The notes beneath the pieces were generated by a model that saw nothing but the letters and a program-made list of their open reading frames with translations, ran no database searches and was not told the origin of the DNA. A stretch of 64,000 nucleotides of DNA from Bugula neritina (taxonomy: Eukaryota; Animalia; Bryozoa): assembly GCA_964035545.1 (NCBI GenBank), contig OZ037765.1:21451504-21515503 (forward strand), given 5' to 3'. The number at the start of each line of letters is the position of its first letter. Positions within the stretch are counted from its first letter, which is position 1. The translations under genes were made by a program, and so were the position numbers. Positions 1-13,700 of the stretch are shown here, piece by piece.

Positions 1-141
1 TGAGCGTAGTGTACTCATGGATTTAATTAGTTGAAACTTTCTCAACAAAATATTGATTTTAGAATTACAATATTAATTTTTATATCAAGTTTTCTAAATA
101 ATTTTGATAATCAATCATGGTTTTGTATTCGTTTTCTTACA

Positions 142-3100
142 GGGATGATAGAGAAAATGGTAACTTTAATTTTGGACGCGGTGGCCATGATCGTGGCTAT
201 GGTGGAGGTGGCAATGATCGAGGTTATGGGCCACCAGGTGGTGGTAATTGGGGAGGAGGTGGTGGCCATGACCTGCGTCACCACATACCTCCCCAGCAAC
301 CTCATCCTCCCGGAGGGTTCAGCAACCAAATCAACAGGTGAGTCATCACTCTCCTTTCTGTGTGTGTGGCTCATATCTGTTTCCCTCTTCATACGAAATA
401 GGAGTTATATTTCTCATCTGTCATTTAAATTGTTGACAGACCTTTTCCTCGACCACCCGTGCAAGACCCTGAGTTCCCCTGTCAGCCACCAATGATTCCA
501 TTCAAGCAGTTTCTCTCATCTCAAGATGACAGTATCAGTGAAGAAGAGGCTGTGAAGCGCTACAACCAGTATAAGTTGGAGTTTAAGAAAACACAACTGA
601 ATGAATATTTCCTGGCTCACAAGCAGGAAGAGTGGTAAGTTGTTTATTACACTCACCTGTTGAATGAAAATTTATATCTTTCGTTGATTAGTTTGGAGCT
701 TGTAAGCAGCCAGTTGAACTGAACATTTGTATTGATATTCAAGTTTATTCTGATTTAATGTTGCTTTATTACACATGCAGGTTTGGAGTTGGAATTCTTA
801 TCTCTCCTTCGGTGCATTCACAAATTATTGTCTTTTGTGCGGTTATTGTTCACATTTGTCAAAAACAGTGGTTTTTTAATGGAAACTATTTTTCAAAATT
901 CAAATGGCTGGGACGCACAATGTCTCTTATCAAACACATTTACGCTACGCACAATGTAGCAGTACACTTGATGTTACTGCGCACAATGCAGAATGCGTAG
1001 CCATACATTACTAAGTGCGCCAGTGACCCCATTAGCTTTTCTCTTGGATACTTTTGTTTTAAAAATACAAAACATAATTTAAATAACTGGCTGACTTTAT
1101 TTAGCCAGTAAAATGTTTGAAATGTAGGAATTCTAGTTTTTCCTCAATTGGAGTGCAAGTAAGTAAAATGAGATCTAATAGCCGTGGTTTCTCTTCCTTT
1201 TTGTCTTATTGTGTAAAATGGTGTATCAACAGCTTTATTTTAATCTATGCTTTGCACTGTTATTTATTAAATTTGTTTTTATTTATATCTTCTATGATAA
1301 CATAACATGTCTCATCAGGTTTAAAATGAAATACCACCCTGAAGATGGCGGAAAGCGGAAGGTGGAACTTACAGCTAATTTGAAAAATCGTCTTCAGGCG
1401 TTTAACAGATTGCTGGCTATGGGTAGGATTGAAGCCACCCCTTTGGATATTGACAATAGAGATGCTATCATTCGACTTCTGAATTCTGGTTAGTGGAAAT
1501 GTTTGCTGCTTTTTAGTAGTTAGTTATTTGGATACGGCAGCAAGTAATGTAAACTGGTGTGGGAGGATTTATCTTGTTTTATTGTTTCAGGAAAATTGGT
1601 TCCACAAGTAAGGATCTGGGGCCAATTGGGAATTTTATTAGAAATCCTTTTGTTGGGATTTTCTGGTTATATATTATTGAAAAAAATTTCAGCAGACAGC
1701 AGCAATAAATAATTTAGTATCCTTTTTGCAGTTTTATTAAGTTTATAAGATTATCAGACAACGCAGGTTTCTATGTTTGAAGAAAATGTCAAGCTGATGA
1801 CTACTTTAAATGAAAGTGATGGCAAATATGTAAACTAAGTAGAATTTCAGCAAATCAAACATGAATTAAAAGTTTTCTGTTGGTTGGTCCAGTGAGATGC
1901 TACATCAAGAGGAAGGGTGTTGACTTCTGCCAACTAAAGTTTTATTGTTGGTTCATTATGGTTTTATTTGTAAATAAGTTGGACTGAGGGTTGATTGGTG
2001 TTGACAGCTGTGGTGTTGATGGAAGGCGGGAGTGAAGATGACCTTGAAACTTTAGAAAAACTTGCTGAGAAGGAAGTAGATGAGGAAGAAGGAGAGGAAA
2101 ATTCCAAAGGGACTCTGGCTGGACTCATTGACACACCTAAAGCAGCAAAGTCGCCTAATGCTGCCACCCCAAAGTCACCACCACTTGGCAAAAAGGTTTA
2201 TTTTAAGAATTATTTTGCATTCTGAGCATTTTTACTATTTGTTATTATGTGATGCTAAAAGCACGCATTAAATATATAATTAGCAGTGATATATTACTTG
2301 TTACAGGACAAAAAGCAAGCTAAAAAGGAGGCTAAGAAGCAAAAAAAGAAGTCGAGAAAGAAAAAGAACCGTGGCAATGATTCTGATGACTCAGGCAGTG
2401 AATCTAGCAGCTCCAGTAGCTCGAGTAGCAGCAGCAGCAGCTCTTCTAGTGACAGCGAGGAGGACAGCGACTTGGAGGAAGGAGAGGAAAAACCAGCAAA
2501 AGCTTCTGGTGCCAAGAAACCAGCTACTTCAGGTGGTGCAGTTAGCCTTGTGCCCGATTTTATGTAACATGTAGACTTCCACTCTAAAATACTTCTTGCT
2601 GATTGAAATGTGTTGCTATGCTGTTTGAAAGTTCTTTTAGAATGTAACTTTCAACAGCATGCTGCATGTGCAAGTTTTGCAACCATCAGCTTACAATGCC
2701 TCATTTATAATAGGTCTATGTTCACTGCGTGGTTTATTGCATGTCTATGGAAAGATATGCATCTGGATTAGCAGATATGTTAAATATTTAGTTTCTGTAT
2801 ATTTTGGTGTAGAAAAAGAGAGCGGTGAGGTGGAAGAAAAAGAAGCTGGTGAGATAGAGAGCAAGTCCCTGCACCGTACTCAATCTATATTCATCAGGAA
2901 TCTTGCACCTAATATCACCAAGCAAGAAGTCGAAACTGTGAGAATACTTACCACATTATACAATGTTTACTTCTACTCTTAATATTTACTGTAGTATTAG
3001 TAAACTAATAGCTCTAGGTGTACTGGTGATGCGGTTATTGGTTGTTACTCTGTGGAAATTATTATAGTATATGTACTATATCGTATACTTGAAGTACAAA

Positions 3101-6100
3101 GTTAGGTTTGTCTTTGTTGCAGATGTGCGCTAAATATCCTGGCTTTATGCGAGTTGCCCTCCAGGATCCGCAGTCTGAACGCAAATTCTTCCGCAGAGGC
3201 TGGGTGACCTTCAACAAGTCTGTCAACATCAAAGACATATGCTGGAACTTGAATAACATAAGAGTGAGTAGCTCATATGGCCATCTCTCTCTTGCGCCTT
3301 CTATTTCATTCAAATGCTAACTTTATGATTGGTACTCAATGCAATAAAATAGCATTGTTTAGAGTGACAAAAATGTGCTGCTCTGAGTGGTTAAGGTGTT
3401 TACATCAGAAATTAAGAGGTTGATTGTGGCAACTTGAGGGTTTGCTGATGTTTTAGCTCAGAGATTGTGAACTTCGAGCGATTGTCAACAGAGACTTGAA
3501 GCAGAGAGTGAGACCAGTGAGTGGGCTGGTCAACCACAAGCAAGCTATCAAGACATACATCAAGTTGGCTGCTAAGATAATACAAAATGTTGATAATCGC
3601 TGGGCCATCTGGAGCAATTCCGACACTTCTTCTAAAGGCAAGGAAGCAAAAAAGGAGGTAAAGAACTTTGAAAAATTTCTACATTCCTAAAAATATTGTT
3701 TCATCCAAAGTTTCCAAGAAGGTCTTTTAGGAACAAAGGCGAGAATTAAATAAAATATATGAAGTTTATTGATGGAAAATTAATGGTAAATTGCATCAAA
3801 TAGCAATAACAATAGACAGTTATAATTGTTTAAAATGTTCAGATTTGCTGATTTATAATAATTTGTTACATCTTGCTTGAGTGACATAATCTGGTTTTTT
3901 TGCAGGGTTTTGGCCTTGTCTCTCAAAACCCTGTGCTGAATGGCATAACAGACTATCTAGTAGATGAAGCAAACATTGAAGATGAGCTGCTTGGTGGTGA
4001 GCATCAGTGTTTGAGTAAACAGCTTTTCCTACAGATATTATAGTAACAACAGCTTATAAGGTGTTCTGCATTCCATACATGATATTAATACTATCTTGCT
4101 GCATAGGAGATGATGGGGAAATAGATGAAAATGCTAAAAACGACAAGAATGAATTGACCATCGAGAAAGATGAGAAAGCAATCGCTGTTTTGGACAAACT
4201 TGTGTGGTATCTTAGAATTGTCTACTCTATCGACTTCTACAATGGAATAGAATATCCTAACGAGCACGAAATGCCTCATAGATGTGGGATTGTACACGCT
4301 AGAGGAGTTATACCTGCTAAGTTACCCACTCAATCTGAAAGTAAGTGAATTCTAGTTTATTCTTAAAAATCACCAAACACTCGTCTTAAACCGGTTTTAA
4401 TAGTGTTTGTCTTTTGGTTATGTTCAGTAACATTTCTAACTTTTTACTCTTTTACAGACTTTTTTGGTGCTGTAGCCTCTTTAAATTTATTCCACAAACA
4501 GCTATAACCTTGAGGCTGGTTTTAAGCCAGCAAAGTAATGTTATACGTTGTGTTGTGAGCTATTTATATCAAATTATTTTAGTGAATGACTTTATTGCAC
4601 ACTTTGAGAACAAAGTCAAGCAGTTTACAGATGAAAGAAGGACATTAGATGACTCGGAGTGCCAAAAACTTGGCAAAAAAGACTCCGAAGCATATCCTTT
4701 TCTTACTATGACATGCTGTTTATGATTTCATGTTAATTTTATAATATTGATAGGGCTTTTTATTATATTGAGGTACTAGTGCTTGCTCTGCATAATGTTA
4801 CAACATACGAGTATTATACATGTGCTGTTTAACATACGTTGATGCTACCAAATGCTGTTCTCCTTAATGGTTTCGCTATACTGAAGTAGAGAAGTTTATA
4901 TCATCAAACACACAAGAGTTGGGAAAAGACAAGTGGCTGTGTCCTCTTAGTGGAAAGAAGTTTAAGGGGCCAGAGTTTGTGAGGAAGCATATCCTCAGCA
5001 AACATGGGGAGAAGATTGAAGAGGTTAAGACTGAGGTAAAACCACTTCTATAAGGGTGCTTTATAGTTTCACTCTTCAATGTGAACTTGTTTGTGCAATT
5101 CAAGTTCATATTTATGCTGTGCTTCCAGTTGTGTTGTCATACATGTTAGATCCCGCCACAGGATTTATTTACAATCATTTTAATTGCTTCAGTTAAAAAC
5201 ATGGTTTTTTCAGGCCAGGTACTTCAATGCATATCTAGAAGATTCTAAACGGCCACAACTGCCAGAGCATCCCAACAATACTGCTAAAAGTAGTGGTGCG
5301 CCACGTAGACCTCCGCCCGGAGACATGGGCCCTCCACAAGGCCCGCCTGGCTATGGTGCTCCAGGAATGGGTCATCCACCATATGGAAGTTTTAGAGGAG
5401 GCTTCAGAGGAGGATTTGATCACTGTATGTTTGATAGCTCTATCCATGTTCTCAGTGCCATGTTAATATATGTATGGTATATTTTGTATAAAAAATGTAT
5501 TTTGAATTTTAGTTGGGGGAGGAAGAGGAGGATTTGGCCCTCGCCCAGATCCATACAACAATAGGGATCCATTCAGAAGACATCCTGGAGGAGGAGCACA
5601 CAATCGTTTTGGCTCTGGGTAGGCAATAAGTTTACAACTTCCTTTAATTTAATACTGATTGCTAATACCCATATTAATTGTTATTCTCTAATCGGAACAG
5701 CCAATTAACTGATTATTAGTTGTTTTATACAACTGACCAGTTCAAACTAATTTGTTATTTGTAAAGATATATACACACCACCACCAGTTACCCATAGGGG
5801 AAGCCGGGGTAATTTGAGCCATGGGGTAATTTGAGCCAGGGCATATTTTAGAAAAACTGTTCAACATAGAGAGTTGTCTTTTTATGTGCACATGTACACT
5901 CACAAATGTGGCATATTTTTTCCTGTTCATCATTTCCAAGCTGCATGGTAAGTAAAATATTTCACATTTACCTGTTTGTTCAACAAAACGTAAATTTGAT
6001 AGTCTTCATGTCATGTTATATTGCTTTACCCCCAATTGAGAAAACCTCGTCAAAGTTTTTGCATTTCTTTAGGATCGTGCTAGCTACAGTTGCATGTTAA

Positions 6101-7381
6101 AAAGGAAAGCCTACGTTTAATTTTTACTCCAGCATTAACATTTTTCTTCAGAATGACACCTTGGGGTAATTTGAGCCATTCAGTTTGGGGCAAACTGAGC
6201 CACAACTCAAATTACCCCATGAGTAAGTTGTTACAGCATAAATAGTTTTTGTAGGTAAAACCAGTTCTGTAGCTATAACAAAACAGTTTACTACAGTCAG
6301 TGCGCATGTATAATGTTGTTGCACGTTTGCTATCTTACCCGTTTTGTGTTGTAGCTGATACATATACAAATTACAAACTGCCACGCAAGTACACACTCAA
6401 AACCAATCTATTAGCTTACTTACAGAAGATAAATTAAAGAAAGCTGCTCATATGATAGTTGGGGAAAAGAGCAGTATAAAACATACAGCAGAAAATTTTG
6501 GAGTGAACAGAATGACTCTGAAGAGTTATTCTGATAAGCGGAAGTTAGGATATGAAATCACCAGTGCTGCAAAAAGAGTGTTCACTATTGAAGAAGAGAA
6601 ACTAGTGGTCGACCACATATCAGAGTTTTAGATGCAAAGAAGCGACAAAGTTGTAAAACTTCAAAAAGGCTCCTGTTAGAAAGAATCTTAGTTGTTTTAC
6701 TAAAGAGTAGACTTTGGGCTGGGCTTCGTTGGCTGTTGTGAAAATTTGTCACATAGTGACGCTAAATTATCGTTGCATTTGCAACATATGATATATGTTA
6801 ACCTGTGAAGTAAATGCAATACTACTATTTTCAATAAAAACATTGATTAAAACATAACTGTGTGTGTTAAGTTGACTATCCGCACCAAAATAGCCCACGG
6901 CTCAAATTACCCCCAATAGGGGGTAATTTGAGCCGCACAATATGACGTTATTATTATGGGTCTAAAATTTTTTGTGAGCTGTAAACCAAAAATTTTTTAA
7001 GTGTTTACAATAGCAAACATGTACATTTGTATGTGTAACCAATGTCAGTGCTCAATTCACAGTATTTCGTTTGATACCTGGGAAAAGGTAAAAATCGGCT
7101 CAAATTACCCCGGCTTCCCCTACCGATAAATCATGGCTTATTGTTCACCTGTCCTTTTACAATAACTGTACTATCAATATTTAAGATTACTTGGCTGTAG
7201 CTTACTGGGCTTATCTCAACTATTACTGTAACAACTCTTATGTAATAAATAGTCATATTATTGCACATACTTGATACAATGTGATTTAATAAAAGCAATC
7301 TTCAATTTCAGTGGTAGAAGAGATGGCAGGAACCTTGTTCAGTACACAGACCTGGATGCTCCGTCAGATGACATATTTTAA
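142..7381 (+). CDS. SRRT: Serrate RNA effector molecule homolog (Ars2), multi-exon, 5' part outside the window
   Basis: Exons at about 142-337, 439-634, 1319-1488, 2009-2195, 2307-2532, 2812-2937, 3123-3263, 3457-3657, 3906-3996, 4108-4340, 4583-4691, 4882-5035, 5214-5423, 5513-5618 and 7312-7381. Ars2 motifs: '[16 protein letters not shown]', RRM '[46 protein letters not shown]', '[18 protein letters not shown]', zinc finger '[29 protein letters not shown]' and C-terminal '[14 protein letters not shown]'. Confidence 0.96.
4692..4881 (+). other. U12-type (minor spliceosome) AT-AC intron in SRRT
   Basis: Donor ATATCCTTT at 4692, branch site TTCTCCTTAAT at 4858-4868 and acceptor ..TATAC ending at 4881. 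Removing it gives in-frame KKDSEA|[15 protein letters not shown]. Confidence 0.92.
5795..7122 (+). mobile_element. Internally deleted pogo/Tigger-like (Tc1/mariner superfamily) DNA transposon in the last SRRT intron
   Basis: 24-bp perfect TIRs GGGGAAGCCGGGGTAATTTGAGCC (5797-5820, 7097-7120) flanked by TA. The motif GGGGTAATTTGAGCC recurs internally in both orientations. A remnant HTH_psq/CENP-B-like transposase N-terminus '[53 protein letters not shown]' lies at ~6420-6620. No DDE domain is visible. Confidence 0.85.
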
Positions 7382-7719
7382 TTGTCAATACTGTTTATTA
7401 TGTACATGTAAATATTATAAGTTGGAACATCAGGTTTTTTTTCTAGTTGCTTTTTACGTGCATTTGAATATTATGGTAAATAGGAAAAATCAATTTGTAT
7501 AAAATAATTTGCAAAATAAAAACTAAAGTGTAGCATTAAGACATCTTTATTCACTAAATAACTGTAAATAAAATAAAATAATATAAATTCTGGAAGATAA
7601 TGACTAGAAGATACCTGTAAGAATATTGCAACTTACAATCTCAATGATTGAAAAACCCTTAAAAAGAGTAAAATTATATATTTCAATTATATATTTCATT
7701 TATACATTTTGTACTAAGT

Positions 7720-10700
7720 TTAAATATTATGCTCTGTCGCATCACTGGTGAGAATTTGAAATGCAGCATGAAATGATGGTTGATATTTTATTCCAGTGAT
7801 GAGCCGTTGTATTGCCCACTCTGGGCTGGCGAGTGGAATTGCAAGCTTTTGTGCCCGGTTTAATGTTGATTTTGCTTCGCAACCAGCTTTTGTTAAAATA
7901 AATTGAGGTCTAACACCTACAATAGCCAATAGATATTTGTAAACTTCAAAGTAAAAATTGAGATCTGTATATATCTAAAGCATGTAGATAAGCTTTGGCG
8001 TTAACCAAGTTATAAAATTATCAGCCTTTAATAATTTGATACAATGCGTAGAACATTACCTGAACTGATTGAGATCTTTGGGAGAACCATGGCGCCAGCT
8101 ATAGTTAATATAGCTTTCCAGTCTACAGAAAATGAAGGCTCACTTTCGATGGCATCTATGTAAACAGAAACATCTTTAAAAGGAGGACTTCTTTCTTGGA
8201 TTGTCTTTGTTCGTGTCGCCCTTAATCAAACAGTTTTAATATAGTTGTATGACTTGTTGGATTTGTCTGGTTTTGCATATTCAGTTTTGAACATGATGAA
8301 AACTTGTAAAAGGTATCAATAGTTGAAATTGATTTCTGAACTCACCATTCAACTACATTCCCAGATATATCAATACCGGCAGGCAAAATAAAATCTGTTT
8401 CTTTCAAGTACTTTTTCTCATTGAAGCATTGTCTCACCCAGTGATAGGAGACCGGGAGAACATTAGCTGCTAGACACTGCAAATACTTCACTGTCCTTTG
8501 GAAACCAGTGGAAATAAGGAAGGTTCTTTTAGCTACGTGTACCTAACCAGAACATACTTCAGTGGAAACATCAGGTTGATTGCTAGAAAAACTGGTCTGA
8601 GCTATGAAACTTATATAAGAAATTTTGACCATTGGAGAAATTCTGGTATCTAATGTTTTGACAGGAAACAATCCACAGTTAAAACTACTTTGGCTTCCAA
8701 CACAACATAGAATACATGGTCAAATTATCTAATAAATGTATCATGGAGGTTTACATAATATTGCAGCAAAGCCCTTTTTGACAGTCTTGCTTACAAAATA
8801 AGATGGGTGTTTTTGGTGCAGTATATAAATATTGGGCACACTTTGAAATTTGATGATAGCTGTAAATTTATGATCTTTAAAATACTACTAACTCATTTAC
8901 AGCAAATGATATTTACAATAATAATATTTATCTAAGCTAGTTTTATTTATACATATTGGCAACTTACAGCATCTGCATCGAAACTGTCTATAACAACTCC
9001 ACCAAGAGCTTCAATTTGGGCGCAAATCTCATTGGCATCTATATCTTCCTCTTCGTCTTCCTCCACTGCAAAGTTAATAATTAGTGTGAAGACATTCATT
9101 GGTCAGTCAATTCTCATGAGGCTTACAGTGTGAATACATTATCTGACAAACTCGAAGGTTACTAGAGCTTGGCTGTAGAAAAGAATTTCCAAAAATTGAA
9201 GTTACAAATCTTAGCGTGCAGTGAAATAAGGTTTTGATGGCCTTCAAACTTGCTTGATCTTCGGCAATGGCTAATTAATTAACGAATCACTTAGTGTTGT
9301 CAATATTTTTTTCGATTTCCAAATATAAATTACTTGCTTAAATTTTATCATTTCTGAGTGATAATGGTTTCTCTAATTGAACAGTTTTACAAAACATCAC
9401 TACTACACCTATACAACATTTAGGTGCAGTTGATTATGATAGTCCACGATTTTTTTGCAAGAATATAACTTCTTTTTGCTACATTTTTATTTTATAACAC
9501 AGGCTTTTTTCAAATTTTCATATGTTTATAATTTACAAGCAATGAAGCAAAAAGTTGAGCGCTCCACCACTACCGAATAACACCATCTTAGTTGAACAAG
9601 CTGAAAATAAAATCAAACTTTTCACCTTACCTTGGGTGTCATCAGTATCTTGAATAGAGGTCTTTCTCATTATCCTGTCAACAGACTTGTTTTTACACAG
9701 GTGAGTACACATGAATAACATTCCGTCAAACACCTTCAAATTATTAGTAGATGATTGGCCAAAGGTGAGAGAACTGCATGCTCCATCACTCGGCTCTAGA
9801 AGAGATAACAACTCCAAAGCGTGGAACAGGTATTGCAAACAAAACATAAAATGATTATATGGATATATCCACAAAAATAAAAAAACTGTGAAGTTACATC
9901 ATAGTTATTTTACAGTTACAGTTGATTTATTATGCTAATCTGAAGCATGCATATATCACTTTGATACAACAAATAACCAACCTAGCTTCTTGGACTTAGA
10001 ACTAGTTGCTTTTATTGGAGACTTTTGGATGTCACAAAAAAGTTCCGGTGCTTTTGCTATCTTTTCTACAAAAGAGAAAAGTGACATGATAGCCATGAGG
10101 TCAACCACATTTTATATGGTAGCAAGAACATAAAGGGGTGATGTTCTTCAGCACAACTTTACTTTATTCAACTGATAAACTGTCAAGCATTAAATAATAA
10201 AATAAAATCGCATTTACAGAGGAAAACGTAGCAGCGAATTCGTTGGAGTTGCGATGTTTCCATAATCATTTAAATATCTCTCTATGCAAAGGAACAGCCT
10301 CAAGGCGTATTAAAATGTCAATTTAAAACAGGAAAATATATGAATATGTATCTAGAAACATCTTAGCTCTCATTTAAATACAATGTGAAGGTTACTTCCA
10401 ACACAGAATAAAGATATTATTTTCAAACTAGTCTATTACTATCTACATTTATGTAACATCATACTTGTAAATTATCATTACTTACAAAATTAGTTTGACC
10501 TTATCAACTAACATCATAAAATTTAATCTGTGTACTAGTCATTTACAACCTCAAACATGTGTGTCATGAAAATCAAATTGATTATATAATAGCTAAAACT
10601 ATTATCAACTCTGACTTCTAATTCCAATGACTTTGATAGTTGAGTATAAACATAATCTAAATATAAAACTTAAGATGATAGAAATTCAATTTTGATTTCT

Positions 10701-13700
10701 GTTTATTTTTAGCTGAAGCTCAAATTAATCAATATCAGTATGAATATTCATATTACAATTATGATTTTATTATTATCTAATTATAAAAGATACCAATTAT
10801 TATTTGATTATATTGGCTAAAATACCAGTATTGAGCATACATAGTTAGGAAAATAATTTTGTTTTAATAAAAATGAAGGTCAGTGTCTAAAATTTAACTG
10901 CAATACAAAGATAAATAATAGTAATTATAATAACATTTATTATCATTGAAGTTGCATGCATTGAATGGATCATTTATATAGATAATTTAGTACCTAATAA
11001 AACATTGAAAAGAGTGTATGTAAAGCATGTCTCTATCGTGCAACATCATTATAAAAATAGCCAGTATACATACCAGGAGAAAGCAATGAGTTTCCACTTA
11101 TTTCATCCATCAGTTTAGCGCTTTTTGCATCTTCATTTGCACGGAGGAAATTACTTTGTTGACTGGCTTCATCAGAAGAGTAGAGTTGAGAGTGAGTCAA
11201 TAATGATATCTTGAGATTGTTGAACTGATCAGCATCAAGACAAATGCCACCAGGTGAAACCCTATAATATATTATATTTTATGGAAAACAAACTTATTGC
11301 ACACTAGTATATATTTACAATACATGTGTTTAAACCTGCTAAATATTTTTAAAGAGTTGTCTTTCCATGTTTACTGCATCAATCACTATAAAACATAATT
11401 GATGAAATGCTTTCAACATTTATACGCATACAGCCGTATACTATTACTAAGTCCTAGTCTCAAATTAGTTGCTAATGTAATCGCATTGCCGCAACACTGA
11501 TTGGAATTATTTTACAATTCTTATTCTACAAAATTACATACATGTCTTAAGTCAGACAGGTGTGTAAATAAACTAAACAAGTAGCGGTGAAGCAAAATTC
11601 TTGCTGAGACTAGAGGTATATTTACATGACAGAATAAAGTCTCATTGTAGAACTACCTGTGCTCAGAGGGAGAATCATTATTGACAAAAGATACTGTGTA
11701 CAAGCCATCATCCTTGTCTAACACTACAGCTAGCTGGTATTCTTCGTCCGCATTCAGCGCATACACCGGGTGCTGTTTAGGTATGTGCTGTGTTACTAAC
11801 AGATCTTTTTTAGATATAATTAGGGCATTGTTGTCATCAAACACAACTTGCCACCTATGTCAATCAGTTTGAATAAGTCAATTCAATTATATATTACATC
11901 ATTCATCTACTATGACTATCAGAATGTCGACAGACATGCACTTTAACAGTTTTAGTTCTTACCATTGAACTATAAGCTGTTCAGTAGTTCTTACTTTTTA
12001 ATTTATTTTCAAAAAATATAAAACCATTCAATGATTACATAACAAATTTAATTAATTCAAAAGGTAATGCAGTTACATTGATCGAGAATTGAAATAGCGG
12101 AGAATGACCAACCTGTCAATACCAGGCACTTTCTGAGCCACCCTACCAAAATAGTAGTGACCATCTGCGGGCCACCTACCCAGCACTCTAGCTCCAGCGA
12201 CCAACTCAGCACCTTGAGGAGCTGGTATGTTTCTAGCTGACCGGTATGGATAAGCTGCCGGCTTACTGAGAAATATTCACATAAATATTTACAACTCCTT
12301 ACAATGATTTTTTAGAAAGTCGTAACTCTAGTCTCTAAAAGTGTAAAACATATTATAATGCAACTCACCATTTGGCATTTCTTTTCTTTCTCTTTGTGGG
12401 TTTAGTTAGCGTTTGTGAAACTGCATCAAGTCTTGAAAAAGCAAAAACGTTTGTAATTGAAACAAATCACAGTCACTCTGCTACTGCTATCTATCAAAGT
12501 TAACATGGAATTATGACTAGAGATCAGACAAAAAAAGGTAATAACTTGGTGAGACGCCAATAGCTAAAGAGCTTACCTAATGGGTGCGGTATGTTGAGAT
12601 TCATACAGGGGCTCAGTATCAGCGTTTGAAACATCTCCCTCTCCATTGGCTAGATTACTCTGAATAACAGTTCAGGTGATAAACTAGTTGATATCATCGA
12701 ACATGTCCCATATAGAGAATTACACATATTCAAAATTCATGTTTCACTGTGCACTACGCTACTATACTATCTCTCTCTACCAAGCCATAATACGTAGCAG
12801 ACTTACAGTTGCAGAGTTTTGATGCTCTTTACCTTCATGTGAGAAATGTCTTTGTCTATTACCTACCAGTACAGCATAGTACCAGCTTATGCATTATATA
12901 AACAAACACATGCATAAAAGTATATATTTGGCACGCAATAGCAGCAACTAAAGCCAAAAAGGTCTATTGAATAATATATTTTTGATTTTCCCCCAAAAAT
13001 TATAACAACTTTCAAGCAGAGAAAACTTAACGGTGTATGAGAGATTCCAAATTTTAGACCTACATGTACATGCCAGAATGGAAAATCTTTTATTTTAAAA
13101 TAGAAAAAACAAGCCTGGGAATTTATGGACAAATATTATTATTGTTGATACTTCAAAAACTGTTTTTGTTAGGCTTAGTCTTAATGTCTGAATGCAAGCT
13201 TTTACATTTATTTTGTTTGTTTTTGAAGGGACGTTTACTGCGAAAAAGCTATAGTGTGCTAATTTAATATGGTTCAACATGTTGAACAAATACTGTGAAA
13301 AAATCCTGCAGTAGTGATCTAATTGGCTGAATACTACAGGCAATTCTGTTTTTCTCGTTTCAGGCGTATGTTTCTGTTTTTATTGACTGCGATTTTATGC
13401 TTTTATTGAGTATTGAGTGTGAGAGTTCAAAATGAAATAATTTATTTAAACATTTGGCAGTAAAGTCAAGAAAGTATATTAGAGGTCACTCAGACTTCGC
13501 TCCTGTTGGTAACGTATTGAGCGTGGCAGGTAACTAACGAGTTAGCACGAGAAAATCATATTGTGATAGGACCTTAACAATGCTACTAACTAAGATAACG
13601 AATAATAAGGTTCTTGATAATTCTACTACTTCCATTTCCCTATCCCTTTGTGTGTAGCAGCATTTAGCAGTAGCAACGAACTGTTAGGTTAGCAACGTTA

